The position numbers and the translations under genes are program-made. 64,000 bases of DNA from Takakia lepidozioides (taxonomy: Eukaryota; Plantae; Bryophyta): positions 54,932,001-54,996,000 of the forward strand of contig CM060732.1 in NCBI GenBank assembly GCA_030704615.1. Reading direction: 5' to 3'. This document shows, piece by piece, positions 49,222 through 61,200 of this stretch. Under the pieces are notes generated by a model. That model saw only the letters and a list, made by a program, of their open reading frames with translations, searched no databases and had not been told where the DNA came from. Each line of letters begins with the position of its first letter. The first letter of the stretch is position 1.

Positions 49222-52200
49222 ATGAGGCAGCAGCCATCGCTGGAGTTGATGCAGCGATGCATAGAGAGGGACTTCTCATCTCGGCTGCTGCTGTCTCACG
49301 GCCTCTTCCGTTCGCCCTTTCCCCACGGTTCTTACGTCCTGTGCGAGGTTTTTGTCTCCGTGCACCATCGAGTCGAATTTTCCTTGCATTTAGAACAGCA
49401 ACTTGGTTCTCCCAAGGAGGAAAATTGTACTTTGCTCGATGGAGGCGGGGATCCATATAGGAAAATGTGTGGAATTGGGTGATGCACAGAATTGGGTAGT
49501 AGAAATGCCGAAACGTAGTGTTTTAATTGTCTGTGGTGAGCTGAGAGAATCTGACTGCAAAATGTGCCATTTCCAACGGGCAATGGACGAGGATATGTAG
49601 GTGCAGCTCGTGTTATCCTGTTTTGTCAAATTGTCATCGCGTTTTACACTCTTTGTGGAACTCTACACTACCCCTGCAAATTGCTGCATCATTTCTAACC
49701 ATCTCTGCCTTCACACATCAGCTTCCCAGTGGCCTCAACTTTCCTCTTTCTCCTCTAATCCCCCAATATGTGATGACCAATAAATGACAGTTCTGAAGCT
49801 TCCAATCCCGTACTGAACTTGTAATTGTTTGGAGCACCGTCAAGACAAGCTCGAAAAGGCTTAACTCGACCTATGCCCATAGTTAGTCAAGGCTGTATTT
49901 TCTACACCATAGTGCAATCCACTGGGATGAGTTTGTGCTCTCTTGTTGTAACACTGATGGACCTTAAATGATATGCTGTGCAGGTGGACTTGACAGGAGA
50001 CTTACATCTAAAAGCAGGGTGGCCACTGCATACCTTCACCTCATTTTATTTAGTCATAATGGTCTTGGCCGTGTCTTGCTGGAACAGTCCTCGGGCACTC
50101 TTTGGAGCTAAGTTATTGTTTTTGTATTGCAGATATGGGGGAGATACAGAGCTTGTTCTCCAATTGTTACCTCTAGAAGAGGAGGTGACCAAGTCTGCCA
50201 ATGTCAGGTGCAGAGAATTTCTCTCTCCTATTCATGGCGAGCCTATACATCACAATTAAACCCCCATATTTAGTACTGCAATTAGTCGAGGAAATGCTTA
50301 TTCTCAATGAACCTTTGGTGTTTTCCACTGGAGCCATCAATGTCTCACAACAAAAAGTGACGAAAGCAAGGACCTTTGAATGGTGCACAGGTCACTAGGT
50401 CTTATATTTCTGGAAGATTTCCTGGTAGTTGGACATAATTGTTCAGCTTCATGTAATCTTATGTCTCACATGCATCTTTGAATGCCTACTAGGAGAATTT
50501 TGTCAGGACTGGCTATCTTGAGGGCAAATTACACCCTAAGCCCTCTAAATTCCTTTCTTCTAGGGCTCCAGTACGAGTTATTGCCTGACACCCAGGAAGG
50601 ATCTACTATATTGCAAATGCCAAATTGAATAACATCCCAATATCTCTCACTTCCAAGTGTCAGTTCTGTAGTGAGCACATCGTTAGAAACGGGTGGGTTT
50701 GGTCTTGGCTTCACATGGTAGGTCTCAGTCCTCTGTAACAGAATCAGGACAGATTGTAAACGGGGCCTAAACCTTTCAGGAACTACTTGGATTCTTGGCA
50801 CGGGCTGTGTTGACAGAGCTTCCTTGTTTAGTGGCTGTCATAAGCTGAACTTCGCAAGGTTGATCACCTCTAGTGCACATGCTCATTGCAGAGCCAATAA
50901 CAGTCTGCCCAAGAGCACAGAAAATGGAGAAGAGATTAAACCACTGGAGACTGGGACTCAGCAGCCGGACAGCCTTCCTCTGGAGAATATGGAGGTAATG
51001 TCGCCCTGTTTCCATTGCTGGAAGAATATGCCATGAGTTTTGGTCCTGTCAATATTGTCGGAGTAGTGTACATGTGAAGGTATCTCCGATGCGTTTGGAC
51101 TGAAAGTGACGTCTAATTCTGAAGTCTTGCTCAAACCTGTGTCCAGGGTGAGAGAGAGTTGGGTCAAGAGGCTGATACCTCTCAGACAGAACCCCTCCTC
51201 GGCTCTCTCGCAATGAAGGCCCCAGTTGAGCTTCTCAGCAACTCTAGTAAAATGGAAGATGGGTCTACTTGTTTGAGTAATACTGAGGCTGAGGGCTTCA
51301 TCTCTCAAGCAACTGAGCGGGCCGAAGTGGGCATCTGTTTTCAATCTCTCACAGAGCAGTTGGTTCAGGGAATGCTTTCAGCATTGACACCAGGGGTGAC
51401 TGTCTTACCAGCATCTTTTGATGGCATATTGGACATCCTTCAGAAGCTCCGAATCTGGGACAGGGGAGAGAGCAGAGTGCCAACCAGAGACGGAAAAGAT
51501 AAAGAGGAGGGTCTATCCAAGAAGTCTGAGGGCCCACTACAGATGGCAACACCTTTGGAACATAGCTTGATCGCAAGACACGTCAGGCACCCAAATATTA
51601 TTCCCATACTGGGGGCATTCAAAGGAGAGGGTGTGCTTTATCTGGTTTATCCTCCAGCCTCTTTCACATTGGAAGGTGTATTGCACTTCAGTCCAAGTGC
51701 ATTGGGAGATGAGGCTCAGATTCGTCTCTTGGTTTTTCAGCTTCTGTCAGGATTAGCCCACTGCCATAGCCAGGGAGTCATCCATGGGAATTTAAGGCCT
51801 TGGAATGTGCTCTTATCGAATACATTGTGGTGCTGGCTGACAGGTTTTCAGAGAGGCCCATCACGGACAAAGGAAGGAGCAGTAGAAGGTGCTCATTTGC
51901 AAAGGCTTTCAAGTGCTAGACAAAGCCAAGATCTTTCCACCAGCACCAGGGGAGGGATTTTTAATTTGATCTGTGGGGGCGTTACTGCTGAAACACCGCT
52001 GCAGGGCTCCCAGGCAAACAAACGTGGTCTGCATAGTGCATCAGGTTCCTCTCCAGATATCAGTGATTTCAAAGGCAGTAATCTATGTGCAGAGGCCAGG
52101 GTGCTAGATATTTCAGACTGGAGGGGAGTATTCAAAAGATGGTGGGCTGGGGAGCTGAGTAACTATGACTACCTGCTTGTGTTGAACAAGCTAGCAGGCC

Positions 52201-55200
52201 GACGCTGGGGCGACCGTTGCTTCCACACTGTCATGCCATGGGTCATTGATTTCAGTGAGATGCCTAATGAAAGGTATCTTCTCTGGGTCTCTGTCATGCC
52301 ATCTCATTTCGCTCTTCTCTATTTGATGGAACAAGGGTTTGAGGTACGAGCATAGTATCTGGCTAAAGCTGAAACTGAAGGGCGGCATGAGTACGAAGGA
52401 CCTCTTTGTGGGTTGTGTTTACATGCCCACAGAGGGGACCCTTAAAGCCTTCGAAGATGTAAAGCTAGACTGTGCTTCGTTCCTTGCCAAAGGTCAGGTG
52501 ATTTTATTGGGTGACGTCAATGCCCGGGTGGGTAAAGGTCTCCATCAGGATGATATCATTGGGCCTTTTGGTGAGGACGAGCTGAACTCTAATGGCAGAC
52601 GGTTAATTAACTGTCTGGAAGAGCTTCAGCTTCTGGCCTTGAACAATAGGGCAAAAGGTGACCAAGTGCAGTGGACTCGTGAGAAAGCCCAAACTGGGGA
52701 ACGTTCCATTGTGGATTATATCATAATGGACAAAAAATTGTTTCCCCAGAGTGCCAATGTGTTGATCGACAGAACTGATATTGGTACCTCTGACCACTTC
52801 CTGGTTTGGACTGCGATCAAAAGGTGTTTTCCCAACACCAAGAGATCTGCGAAACGTTCGATTCGGAAGTGGCGCATAGAAAAATACTATAATGAAGAGG
52901 CCAAGGCTGAGTATGTCCAGGCCTTGCAAGAGGCTCTTCCTCATTTTGTCCATTCGCTCCAAGACCTTCAGTCTTGCGCAGACAATGCAAGAAATGAAGT
53001 CGAAAGAGCAGTGGATTCTTGGGAGAGTTTCGTCTCCTCTGCTGCTGACAAGATCATTGGGAGGAAACTAATGTCTGCGGTAGAGCTGTTAATTGGTGGA
53101 CCAATGAGATTAAACTCAAGATAGCTGAGAGACGAGTCCTTTATAAAGAGTGCTGCAATTTGAAAACCAACAAAGAATTGTGGGCGAGGTACTACCAGAT
53201 CCGTAAAGATATCATTCTGCTTGTAAGGGCTCAGAAGAAATTATACTGGGACAAGTTATACAGTGAAATAAACTCAAACCATGGTGGTAATGACAAGAGA
53301 TTCTGGTTGGCCCTTCAACGCTTGTACAAGCCGAAAAGCTGTCAGCAAGTACAAGCGCTGAAGACTACTAAGAGTGCAGTGGCAACTTCATCGGTTGACA
53401 TTGTCAAAGCCTTTGAAACCCACTACAGTATCCTTGGCAGAACTTCTAGGTCTAACAGTGAGGGGTCCTCTGATGAATGGAAGGACACAGTTGGTAAAAC
53501 TGTTCCTATGATTCAAAACAGTCCTGATGAACTGGAGTATATTTCAAAAGCCTACAACGCTCCCATTAGTTCTTCTGAGATTGTGGAAGCAATTGAACAT
53601 CTAAATGGATATAAAGCAGGTGGTCCTGATGGCATAGTCAACGAGCTTATCAAGCACGGTGGCGATCCCATGATAGAGGCCCTAGTTCTCCTCTTTAACC
53701 TTATCTGGAAGACTGAAATGATTCCCTTCCGCTGGCGACAGGGGGTCATTGTCAATCTATATAAGAAGGGTGACAGAGAAGACCCGGGGAACTATCGTGG
53801 CATCACGCTCCTCAATGCTTGGGCAATATATTTTGCAGAGTTATAAGTACTCGTCTTGAGGTTGATCTGGAATCTAGAGGTTGTTTTCACGAAGGCCAAG
53901 CTGGCTTTCGGCGAAACAGGGGCTGTGTGGACCATATTTTCACTCTAAGCCAGATTATCCAGGGAAGGAAAAAAGAAGGGAAACCCACTTATGTTTTTTT
54001 CTTGGATGTCAAAAAGGCTTATGACACAGTGTGGAGAGATGGTCTATGGCTCCGCCTCTGGTCTTGCGGAATCAAGGGAAAAATGTGGAGAGTTGTCCAT
54101 AACTTGTATGCCCACACCAAAAGCTGTGTCACTGTTAATGGACAGAAGTCTAACTTCTTTGACATAGACCAAGGGTAGCTCAAGGATGTACGCTCTCCCC
54201 TCTGCTCTTCAATGTTTGCATCAATCAACTCCACGAGGATGTGGAACGTGAGGGATTTGGGTTAAGGGTGGGTGATGCCACCATTCCAGCCCTTATGTTT
54301 GCGGATGACTTCGCAGGCATAGGGGAGACTCCTTCCAACCTCCAGGAATTGATTGATTGCGCGAAGAGATACTTTGATCTTTGGGGGCTAGAGGCTAATG
54401 TCAGTAAATGTGCAGTGGTGGCATTCAATGACAGAGGAGAGGGAGGAAGTGATCTTAAGTGGCAGTGGGGTAGCCAAGAGATCCCAGTCCTCCCTTCCTA
54501 CACATACCTGGGCGTTGAGTTTTCCTCCAACTGTAACTGGGATGCACACATCCAGAAAGTTGTTCGAACTGGCAAGGGCAAAGCGCTGAGTCTCACTAAA
54601 TTTTTTCACTGCAGAGGGATTAACTCTGAGGTCAAGAAAACCTTACTTTGCCGCGTTATTAGACCTGCCTTGGAGTACGGATCTGCTATATGGGTTGATA
54701 ACTCCAACCAGGCTAAGTCTCTAGAATCCATTCAAGTGGGGGTGCTTAAGGAGTGCATGTCAGCATGCTCCAAAACAGCCAATGTGGCTGTTCGGGGTGA
54801 GTTTGGCATCCCTTCCTTAAGCTCCCGACGAGATGAATTCAAGGTCAGATGGTGGGGTCAATTGCAACACATGTCCAACACCAGATACCCTAAGTTAATC
54901 GACTCTATATCTTGGAAACAGGACCGCCCTGTCAAACAGGCTAAGTCCTGGCAGAAGAGAGTAGAAGAGATTCTCAAGGATCTGAATCTGGACCCGCAAG
55001 TGTTGACCTTGCTGGATAAATCTGACTTAGAGACTGTAGTGTCCAAAGCCATGTCTGTTACCAGCAAATTGTCTGATGCAAATGAAGTTAGCCAGAAAAC
55101 TTCCCTGAACCTGTTTCCAGGCTGTGACATGGGGGAGGATATCATGGATGACCTCAAGGGTCTACCCACTCTCGGCACCAGACTGAAATTTAAACTCAGG

Positions 55201-58200
55201 GCAGGAAGCCTACCTGTGAACAGTAAACAGAAGCAGAGAGGAAAGGGAGAGTGCAATTGCCCGTTGTGTGGGCAACCCGAAGACAATATTCATTTTCTGA
55301 TTCACTGTCCGGGGTACTCTCACCAGAGAGAAGCTCTCCTCCAATCTATCAAAGAGAATTGTGCCTGTACCTCTGTTTACCAACTTTGAAAGTCTCGAGG
55401 CTGAGCCAAAAGCCCAGGCCCTTCTGAGGCCTAGTTTTTGGGCAAATCACACACAGCAGATTGATGCTTGTTTGAAGGGATTTCTAGAGGATATCTGGAA
55501 AACCTGAATTAATTCTATTTATAAAGGTAAGTCTTACTACCAATGTCAGCCCCTGACGGAGGTAGGTTCTGTCCCTTTGGTTTCCGCTCAAACTGGGCGC
55601 GGGGTCAATGGCCACAAGGCTACGGCAAACAACGTCTTATGAGTACATTCTATTTGATGGAAGCAAGACCGTTCTGTTAAACAGGCTAAGTCCTGATGGA
55701 AAAGGGTAGAGGAGATTTTGAGGTACCTGAATATTAGGCAGGAAGAACTGACCCTGCTAGATGAAGCTGAGTCGGAGGCTGAAGTGTCTAAGGCCATGTC
55801 AGATGCATGAAAAATGTCCGCACAAGACGAAGTTAGGCATAAAAACTCCCTGAACCTGTTTCCAGACTGTGACATGGGACCTCAAGGATGACCTGAAGGG
55901 CCTACCTACCCTCGGCCCTAGACTGAAATTTGAACTCAGGGCAGGGAGTTGTCCTTTGAACAATAAACAGATGCAGAGAGGAAAGGGAATTTGTCAATAC
56001 CCACTGTGCAGGTGGCCTGAAGACGAGATCCATTGTCTGATACAATGTCCGGGGTATTCAGAGAGTGACCCTCTTCAGGACCATGAAGAACATAGTCCCT
56101 GCACCTCTGTTCACCAACTTTCAAAATCTAGAGATTGAGCCTAAAGCCCTGGTGGGGTCTAATTGCTGGGCAGCTCACACACTGCAGATTGATGATGTGA
56201 AGGGCTTTCTAGAGGAGAAAGCCTGAACCAATTCTTTCTAAGGTAAGTCCCAATACTGCTCACAAAGGTGGTGTCTGTTCCCTTTTGTTTCGCCCAAATT
56301 GGGTGTGGGGTCTATGGCCACAAGGCTACGACAAACAACGTCCTATGAGTACGGTTTCTTCTGTTGTTGTACTGCCCCTGGGCTGCTTTTGGAGGTAATT
56401 TCCAGTGTTGTGAGGTTCTTTGTTCTTTGAACAGAGACACGGAGGTTCTGGGTAAGGATATCCTGAGGTTGTCAAAGCATTAAAGAACCGGGAAGAGTAA
56501 AGAACCGTGGGTATTTAATTTGGAAGTAACCAATCAAATACCCTTCAAAAAACCTCTGAACTAGCGCCGGTTATTTGAAATTTTTTCTAGTATCCGGAAC
56601 CACAGGTTATATCTTGGCGTAAATTATCATAACATCCGTAACGTGAGGTTATTAGTTTTCCTAGCTTGAAGAAACCGGAACTGGAGGTTATGATAAAAAT
56701 CAAATAAACCCCAAACACTGGTAATTTCTTTCTTTCGGTCTGTCTGTTTGTCTGTCTGTCAGTCTCCCCCAATTCTTCCGCCCCACTCCCAATTACCATT
56801 GCAAGCATATCCCCATTTCCATACATTTGTTTGGATATGCAGGGTTACAGTCACAAGAATTGTAAGTATATTTGATGCAAGCACCTGCCGCTATTGTTTC
56901 CTCTGTATGTAAGTTAACATTGCAAATGTGTTTCATAATATTTTAAGGTCGCCTGGCGGGTGGCGCGACCTGACTAAGAGCAAATGGCGTCTGGCAAAGG
57001 GAGATGAGCAGCTGGATTTCACTTATGCATATGCCGAAATGCCTCATCATGTTTCTGATGAGTGCCTTTCAGAACTAGCTGTCTGTATCTACAAAGCTCG
57101 CAGGCTGCCTCTGCTGGTACTTCGTCGGATTGTCCGCTCCGTCTATGAACCAAATGAGTATCCGGCCAGCATGCAGCGTGTGTATCAGTGGACACCCGAC
57201 GAGTGTATCCCAGAGTTTTACAGTGACCCCGACGTTTTCCTCTCAATTCACCTGGGCATGAACAACCTTGCCATTCCACAGTGGGCTCAAAGTGCCAAGG
57301 ACTTTATTTCCTTACACCGGGCTGCCCTGGAAAGTGAGCATGTCTCACAGCAGCTCAATCACTGGATTGATCTGACTTTTGGTTACAAACTTTCCGGAGA
57401 GGCTGCGATTGAGGCCAAAAATGTCACTCTGGTTTCTGCTGGCCCAACAATACCCAGGTCTAGTGGACGCCATCAACTTTTTGCAGGGCCTCATCCTAAG
57501 CGAAGGGAGCGGCATAGAAAAGACAGTTGGTCGTCCCCTGTTTCAATGGATGGTGGAAAATGTACTCAAGTCAACGCAAATGCTGCTTCGAGGAATCCGT
57601 CACAAGCAGGAGACACATGCGTAGATTTCAGCAGCACAGACAGAACTTCTGGACAACCCTGGGAGATGTCGGTAGGCTCTAGAAGTTCCGGTAATATTGC
57701 AGTGAATACCGAAGAAGAGCGTACCTCAGAGAAAGCTAGTAACCGCCTACGAATAGTATCTCCACTGGAAGATCTTGAAAAGTCTATGTTTTTCTGTGAG
57801 TCAGCCCGGAACCTTTCTCCATGTTACAGGCCAATATCAAAGCCCAGTGCATCACAGTTGGGTTCGTCAGTGGATAGAAACTTAAATGTACAGTGGAAAG
57901 GTGTCTTATCAGGGCAAACGAGACATCATTTATCACATAAATCTTCTACAGGTTTCCATCACATTGACAAAACATACTTAGATTCAGTGGACCCTTCACC
58001 ACATGATCAAGAAACTAATTTACCTTCATTACTTCATTTAGATCTCCATAGGCTGGCAGAAAGGCTCAAATATGAAGGGAATGAGTATGAATGGGATCTT
58101 GATAGCTTAGCATCATGGGAGGCTACTGTGGCAAGGGAGAGTAAATGCTCAGAGGATGAAGGGCAAGACATTTTTGCAGCAGCTTGCATAATTGCTGAGG

Positions 58201-61200
58201 TGTATCTGCAGAAGCCTCTCTTTGACCCGGTCTCCATAGCCAATTTTGGAGCAGATGGACTCCTACCTGATAGCATAGAACAGCTTCCACCCCATGTTCG
58301 CTCTCTCATAGTTCCAGCACTGCAACCTGATGGCACCCAGTAAGTGTTCTCATCTTTGCAGATAGACATTCCATACGAGCATGTGAGGTTCTGGAGCACT
58401 GACAGTGGATCTGGTAGTTCATGGCTGCTATTTCAGTTATCAATCCGTGTAGTATGAGAATGGCATCCTTCTGTAGCGGTGGATCTGGTTGTAAACTTGT
58501 GATCTTCTGTGCAGACAACCAACTGCAGAGATTCTACTCAAATCTCCCTATTTTTCATCTCGAATTCGCACTGTCTACCGTTTCTTGGCTCCCCTGCAAA
58601 CGTTGAAGTCCGTGCAGGATCGCTTGCAATATGCAGCCAACATGGCAGAACTGGGGGCATTCCAAAACTTGGGCTCTATTGCAACAGAGATGTTGGCCCC
58701 TTTCTGCCTCTCTCTGCTTGTTCCCCGCTCCCCAAGCCTTGATCCAAATGCAGTGGTATCTTTGCTTCGCGAGTTTCTCCGAGCCTTGAAACCTTATGCA
58801 TCAAATCGTCTTATAGTACCAGTGATTCAACGGCTCTTGCAGGTACATTCACAAGGAGCTCTTTTCCCTTTCTTGTACCAATAAATAAAGAACTTAACTT
58901 TATTTTCCCTCCACACAGAAACATGTAGTGATTGTAGTGTACTTGCATAAATCTTGTCTCTGAACACTGCCCGAATCAGGATAGAGCAGAAAGGGTGGAG
59001 AGGAGGAAGAGACAATGACGGGAGAGTGAAGGGTGCCACGAGGCTCTTTTTATCGATGGGACATATCGTTGGACCACAGATAACCACATGACCTCGTTCT
59101 TTTCTTTAAAAGAGCCTTTTTCAAAGCATCAATTATTTAGAGCCAACCTTTTGGAAGAGAAAAGGACAGCTGCTAGTTGACCGCCCTCTGCTGATGTTGG
59201 CTGCGGCCTACTCTTGAGTTCAGAAAGGCACTCCAGTTCACTCTGAATGTTGTCTGAGAACAAAAATGTACTCTGTTTGTGTTGCAGAGCCAAGGTAGCT
59301 CAAATCTGAAGGTAGCACTGCTGCAGCCCTTGTTTTTAAGAGAGGTACATAAAGTTGTGGGCAGTGCTTCATACCTTCAGCATCTCCATTCCTCGGTCCT
59401 GGCCAGTCTACGACGCTCCCACTGCAGCCAAGAGGAGGTAGCTGCCACTGTCCTCATCAGCATGTGTCATGACCTGGGGTTGCCAATCACCTTGCGCCAG
59501 GTTTGTTCTTTCGCTTTTTCTCTTACCCTGGCCTGGGTGGACAGCGCCATCGTACATGGGTTAATTGTTCATCTGTCTATTCAGCATATGGGTCTCTGGG
59601 TGGGTCTCTGGGTGAGCCCTGGTTGACACTGACTTATCGACAAGTTGGGGTTATTTTCGCGTAGGAACTATGCTCTTGCATGAACTGTGTTTCCAGTGGA
59701 TCAAGATAGATTCCTTCTTATGCTGTGGGTATATGCAGACAATATCACCTCTGCTGCAATTGTTTGGTCGAGATATTACTGCCTCTGGGATTGATGCGCT
59801 CATAGGGATTGGTGAGCACTCCCATTCTTCTGCTATGTTAGTTTTGGAAGTGGTGAAACAAGCCTTCTGTGTGATGGATGACATTTCTGGAAAGGAAAAG
59901 GGTTTCAGCAGTTTCCTGTCTGTGGACCTCATTTCCAGTGACCTAAATAATCAGATAAATATAATACGAATCTTGAAGCATGGTCACATGCAAATTCACT
60001 GCAGTCAATGAGATGATGCCCTGTTATTACTGTTCATTTCGATAGATAACTCCATAGATTTTGAGTTTCCAGGTCAATATATACTTATAGAGCAAGACTT
60101 ACCCTCGTCATTAATGATGGTTATGAAGTTGGCTAATTATTCAGGGTGGTCGGGCTATAGGAGATCGGCTGGGCCAAAGGGTGACGGTGAAGCATATTCT
60201 GCCCCAAGTACGTGCCATTTTGTCTTCAGGACTAGAGCTCTCTTTGCAGGAGAAGGCAGGGCCTGCTCAAAGCTGGCGTCTCTTGGCCATGGTGGATGCC
60301 ATGGCTGTACTAGACCGTCTCATCATGATTTTGCCTCCTTCAACGGTCCTTACTGAGTTATTGCAGGTTATATTTCTTTCTTTCTCGCTCCTCTATGACG
60401 ACTGCTTAGTATTGTAAACAGCTTTTTGGACTACTTCTAGAAGATATCCAAATTTATTTACAAAGGGAGGTTGGAGAACTGGAAAAACTCTTCCAGTTGG
60501 CAATTTACCCTTTTCCACTTGCCCATCAGTTCCTTTCCCCTCCCCCAAATTCCAGTACATCCTTATTGACAAATTTTATTTGTGTACTTCACTGTTGCTC
60601 GTTTAGCTCTGGTGATGCGGAACAGTTCATTCTCATTCACATCAGATCTTCCCCTATAAGTTAGAAGGTAGGAACTTGGAGGTGGTAGCTTTCCAGCTTC
60701 TGATGCAAGGTGTGGAATGTCCATTTTGCAGGAGCCCCATAACGTGTATACACAGATCTTAGTGCAACCTAATTTGATCCCAAGCTTGCTGCAGGTACAG
60801 GTCCTTTCACTCATAGCATGCCTAAACAGAAAAACTCAAAAGATCCATGGAGAGTTCAGTCATCAATTTCCATGTTGGAGACGTTCTTCTTCAATTCGAT
60901 AGTTCGATGGTAGAAGAGTGGATAGGAGTGGACAGTTGTTTTGTCGGAGTTGCTAATTCTCAAAATTAATACGGTACAATATATGTGAGCACAGCAATAT
61001 AGGTACAAGAGTACAAGTAACGAATTGCAGTGAATTGTCGTACTTGCAGTACTAACCTTGGATATGTCCAAGAAGATAGTTCGTGAGTTTAACAAAGCTA
61101 GTCAAGTTTGTGGATAGTGTGCAGCCAAGGCGCTGCTGTTGGTTTGTCAACACGTGGGGCCCGAAGCCACATCAGCCCTCGTACTGCCCCAGCTGAAACC

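Noticed and set aside
55590-55648. LINE tail as a hammerhead or HDV ribozyme
   Set aside because: CTTATGAG only resembles CTGATGAG, and the GAAA core and required stems are not evident.
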